A stretch of 64,000 nt of DNA. Source: Macrostomum lignano. Its lineage: Eukaryota. Shown one piece after another: positions 59,437-64,000 of the stretch; position 1 is the stretch's first letter; each line of letters opens with the position of its first letter. Made by a program: the position numbers and the translations under genes. Where the stretch lies: contig NIVC01000694.1 in assembly GCA_002269645.1 (NCBI GenBank), positions 372,001 to 436,000 of the forward strand, in the 5' to 3' direction. The notes beneath the pieces are model-generated. The model had not been told where the DNA came from. It made no database searches and worked only from the letters and a program-made list of their open reading frames with translations.

Positions 59437-60084
59437 GGTTTTCTACACTTTCTGCTTGGCGAAAGCACAGACAAGCATATGAATTAATCCTTCAACCCGT
59501 TGAGTGAAGCAGAGGATGGAACACAAATGGAGTTCAAGTGTACTAATTTAGCCGCATCGTTGGCCAGTCATTTAAGCCTTGAATTGTCTTGAGGCGGGGC
59601 TCAGCGTCTGAGCAGCAGACATGAGAGAGATAGCTAAAATCGATTAAGCAGCAGTAAGTGTTGCTCAGAGTGTACTCAATAAAACAGAACTTCCATTTTT
59701 GCCTCGGCTAGGCCATTGAATGCAAGCTTTCGAGTACATACTGGTAGTTGTGAGCTACTCCTATGCACAGTACGTTCTCGAACTTCTCCCTGTCTAAGTG
59801 TTCGCTCAGTGCAAAATAAGTTTATTTATCCGTCTGAGATTTAGCAAATAGAGGGTGAGCACGCACATTGTCTCACTTCAATGAGCAAATCCAGGGCTTT
59901 TGCATAGAAGCTCTGCGCCTGCCTGGCAGCATGAGGCTTGCGGGGCTTGGGGGACCGCTGAGTGCGGCTTCTGGGGCGATACGGAAGTGGAGGATAGGGG
60001 AGAAGGATAATAACTGGGAGGGGAGAAAAGGGACAGGGTGTAGAGACAGGCGAAAATTATGGAGACGAGCTCGTCCCGGTTGAA

Positions 60085-60470
60085 TATCACTGAGTATCTC
60101 TGAGTGTCATTGAGTATCATTGAGTATCATTGAGTATCATTGAGTATCGTTGAGTGTCACTGAGTGTCACTGAGTGTCATTGAGTATCATTGAGTATCAT
60201 TTAGTATCATTGAGTATCGTTGAGTGTCACTGAGTGTCACTGAGTGTCATTGAGTATCATTGAGTATCATTTAGTATCATTGAGTATCGTTGAGTGTCAC
60301 TGAGTGTCACTGAGTGTCATTGAGTATCATTGAGCATCATTGGCTATCATTAAGTATTATTGCGCAGTGGAATTGATCATTGAATGATATCGAGTATCAT
60401 TGAGTATCATTGAGTATCATTTAGTATCTTTGAGTGTCATTGAGTATCGTTGAGTATCATTGAGTATCGT
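60085..60470. repeat. 10-bp minisatellite (TGAGTATCAT)
   Basis: Tandem TGAGT(A/G)TCA(T/C) units. A weaker relative lies at ~55345-55410. Confidence 0.9.
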
Positions 60471-60820
60471 TGGGCATCATTCAGCCTTGAGATCGCTAAC
60501 TCGAATGTGTCCTTAGGCCAGTAGGCTTAATAATCAATTCTAACACCTCCTTACATCTTACTTTTTGCTCATGAAAATTCTGCATCTAGCGGCTCATCTT
60601 AAGTCATTACTACTAAGCACTACAAATTAAACTCACAATACTACTAATACTAACACTACAGTTTGTACTAGTCTGCAGTTGCTAAACCAGTAAAGTCTAA
60701 ATCAAGACAATGAAATCGTTAAATAAATAAAATAATTGTTCGGTAGAGATTCCGTCTATTGGGGTTGGTGAGTTGGTTAGGTTCAATTGACTTTAATCAT
60801 GTTGCATTGATCATTGAAGC

Positions 60821-60970
60821 GTGATCAGTGACAATGAAGAAAAAAAACTCTGGGAACCTGTGCTGGGCAACAGTTCTCCAATGCAGCTTCTTCGCAAATG
60901 CGTAAGTGGGTTGCACTTCGCTCTCCGCGGCGTAAAAGAGCACAGCAATCTAGACATTGGGCAATTTAGA
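60821..60970 (+). mobile_element. Crypton-type tyrosine recombinase (DUF3504-like) fragment
   Basis: EEKKLWEPVLGNSSPMQLLRKCVSGLHFALRGVKEHSNL matches the EE..LW...LG...P..LL......GLHFALRG..EH..L pattern. Confidence 0.6.
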
Positions 60971-61189
60971 AATCAGGAGAGAAATGGTAGGCGTAACAAC
61001 AACAAACAACAAAATACGCAATTAGCGTCACAGGGCGCGCTTCAAGGCCAGGTCGCGAACGAACGCCACACCACCGGCCGAATCCGGGGCGCCGGCGTCA
61101 GCCAGCAGGCAGTCGACGAAACGCAGAGTGCGCGCCTGCCCCGCCGGTAGGGTGCCTGCAGCGTTAGCAGCTGTTGCCAGCTGTTGGAT

Positions 61190-61625
61190 CTGGTAAATCT
61201 CTTTAAATCTCTTTATTAGGACTTGCTAAGCATTACGGGAAATATCACTCAGCAACATCGAAAAGTCGCAATCACATAAGATTCCGTCTGTGGTCGCCAC
61301 TTTTGAGAGTGCAGGTAAAGTCTCTCAATCTTTGCGAGTGTCGCAACTCAGCTACGCCGCGGCAGACTTGAGTTGAGGAATGAAGTGGAGCAGCGATGTG
61401 AGAGGGTTGGGCGGATTAAAGCTACCCCGATCACTTTTCTCATGTCTTTTATTTCAGAATAAAAGTCCAAGTCCAAGAGAAATTGCTCACTGGCGCATAG
61501 AATTGTCGACTTTTTCAAAGTTGCTGAGTGTATTTTAACGATATATTATAGAATATTCATCAGCGAGAAAAACTTTTCGCTTACGGGCACAATGCACTGC
61601 GGCAAATCTGGGCGGCCAGTTCGTC
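61190..61625 (+). repeat. Uninterrupted copy of the repeat that hosts the Polinton-like element
   Basis: ...AAATCTCTTTATTAGGACTTGCTAAGCATTACGGG... joins the left flank (~20262-20296) to the right flank (38717-~39075). Confidence 0.85.
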
Positions 61626-63574
61626 CTGTCTGCGGCCAATTCTCATGGACCCGTTCTCTCTGGACCTCTCTGTCCAATTCAATCTTGTTATTCTTATCTT
61701 TTTCTCCCTAGCTGCCTTCTGATTGGCTCCTCAATCTCGCCTCTTTCCTTAGCCGCGCATTCCACCCCTCCGTTTATTATTAGGACTGTCGCGTTGTTTA
61801 GGAGTTCAACTAAGTAAGCACGATGATTTGGTAAAATAAACGATGTCTCTGTTTCGATATATTATTAGTCATAAACGATGCTAACAAAATCGATACAAAA
61901 AATAATTATTGGCGGGGGTGGCGGGGCGCACGTGGACTAAATGGGGTGGTGTGCACACTAGATGTACGCAATCAATAACTCAATAATAGTCATTTAATTA
62001 GTCATTTAGCGCAAGTACAGCGGCAGGCTCAAACGCTGCCTCATGGACTCAACCCTCCCCTCCAATTCAATGTCATAAATACCAATTTGGGCCCGGCGCC
62101 CCACCTTATTTCTCTACACTGACCGCTTTACACAGCCTATCGCTTAATCATTTGCTTAGCTCAATTCGGTTAGTTGCGAAGCTCGGCCATAGACTATGAT
62201 TTTAGCGCCCTGTATTGAGAATTTTTATTTTAGCAGCTTTCGCAATCTCCCCAGTTTAGCCTATGATCTGTGGGCTCAGTTGCAGTGCAGTTCATTCTGA
62301 GCGCCTTTCCCCAGCTTGTATTCAGCAGAGGCGAGCGAGCAGCGAGCAAATCTGAGGCTTTGTTTTTTTTTAGCAAAGGACCTGACTGGGTAAGTTCAAC
62401 TTCTGACAGATTCTGCTATGCCTAATAGGAGCTATATGGAATATTTGTTCGCAAAGAGATTCCATAGGGACCTATTTTATTGCATAGCATAGCTTTAAAG
62501 TAGAGACTTGACGTACAGTTTAGATGGCAATGCTTTACAGTTTTTGTTCTATGTTATATAAAAGCAATATAGATTAAGAGAACTCTGTCATCGTGACAGC
62601 CTATCTGTCATGTCATTCTTTATTTCGACTTCTTGCTTTTTCAATTTAAATTTGCTGTAGCAGCAGCAGCAGCAGTCTAATGCTCTCTATTTACTGTTTG
62701 TTGAGTCTCCGAGATCTCAAACATAAGGTTAGAAATCAAATGTTTTACTTGATGGCAAGTGGCCCAAAACTACGCTTGAGAAGTTTTGTGGGACTTCTTC
62801 AAGTTTATGTTGATAAAATAGTTGCAATTTTGATAGGATCATAAATTTGTCTCTATAAGGGTTTTTGATGGTGCTGATTTCAAATTTGAGATCCATTTTT
62901 TGGTAGCTTTAACCCAATTATATGTAGCTTAAAACCAACCACCGGGGCATGGGGAATGGGGGTTTTAGGGTGGGGAGATTCTTCATGGGGATTGATTTTA
63001 TCAACATAAACTTGAATAGAGACATGGAGACCTATTCAAGATTGTGTTGATTTATTCCCATCCTAATAGGGGGGGGGGTCGTAGCTTAAAACCGACCACC
63101 GGGGCATGGGGAATGGGGGGTTTTAGAGTGGGGAGATTCTTCATGGGGATTGATTTTATCAACATAAACTTGAATAGAGGGCATGGAGACCTACTCAAAA
63201 ATGTGTTGATGAATTCCGCCGTATTACAACAAATAGCATATAAGAAAAAGACTTAAATGAAACACTCACCTTTATTAAATGCATCTTATATGTTGATCCT
63301 CAATTGACAAATTAGACAAACGGACACCGGGGTTCAATAAATAGCTTAGTATATAGATAACTTATACTCTAAGATACAATTTATAGTAACATATTTTGGC
63401 AACAGCAACACTCAATTTCAGAGGCAAACTAGCAATCTTCGCCCCCCGTTGGGGGACATCTGTATAGAATCTCTGTTCTCTACAAGTAACAAAAAGATAG
63501 CGAAATAAAGCCTTCACAAAGAAAACAGACAAAATACTCAAATGAAGTGCAATGCAAAAAGAAATCATCGCAAG

Positions 63575-63690
63575 ACAGCAAGCATCCCCCACATAGCAAG
63601 CATCCCCCAGATTGCAAGCATCCCCCGAATAGCAAGCATCCCCCAGATAGCAAGCATCCCCCAGATAGCAAGCATCCCCCAGATAGCAAG
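63575..63690. repeat. 18-bp minisatellite (AGCAAGCATCCCCCAGAT)
   Basis: About 6 tandem units. A separate ~150-bp direct duplication lies at ~62925-63210. Confidence 0.85.
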
Positions 63691-64000
63691 AATAAGCCGA
63701 ATAAGCAAGGGACAAATTGAAACGGTTTTCCTAAATTTTTCTATTGTTACATATTAAATATGTTTGTACTCACAAAAGTATTGCTATTATCTCTGCGATT
63801 CTTGGTTGCTATTATCTCTTTGTGATTTTTATTAGAATTATATAGCATAAAAATTACGCATTTCATGCACATTTGTACAAAGCAATGTAACATCCGTAAG
63901 AATGCAGTATTAGTATTTAAACAAAGATAAATAGACTTGCCACACAGAAAGTAAGGTTTATCTGTGAAGAAATAAAAATGATAAGTTAAGGCATTTTTAA

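Overview
Eukaryotic genomic DNA with spliceosomal introns. The 34-36 nt micro-introns and GC-rich minisatellites suggest a flatworm such as Macrostomum; this is inference only. Host genes are the last three exons of PCCA (1-1827), an intronless TRAPPC2L (5010-5450), three copies of an unknown coiled-coil repeat gene, and six copies (three intact) of an unknown APOL/alpha-pore-former-like gene. These last two families lie largely in a degenerate ~11.5 kb segmental duplication (about 8.7-20.0 kb vs 39.1-58.0 kb). The main object is an 18.4 kb Polinton/Maverick-like element between the duplicated blocks (20297-38716). It has ~380-400 bp TIRs ending TACTAC/GTAGTA, a target-site duplication, and an empty homologous site at ~61217. 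It encodes a protein-primed family-B DNA polymerase split by at least five spliceosomal introns, three of them inside catalytic motifs A, B and C. It also carries a tandem-PC4 protein, a dUTPase and a spliced orphan gene, but no recognisable integrase, ATPase, protease or capsid gene. This copy is decayed and holds nested insertions: an Ingi/I-type LINE with a ubiquitin-like LRLRGG motif before its endonuclease, a truncated LINE, and a Tc1/mariner. Elsewhere are an intact Gypsy element with identical LTRs, a possible solo LTR, a foldback element, a Crypton fragment and many minisatellites. Three of the minisatellites are seeded exactly on a splice donor, a start codon and a stop codon.
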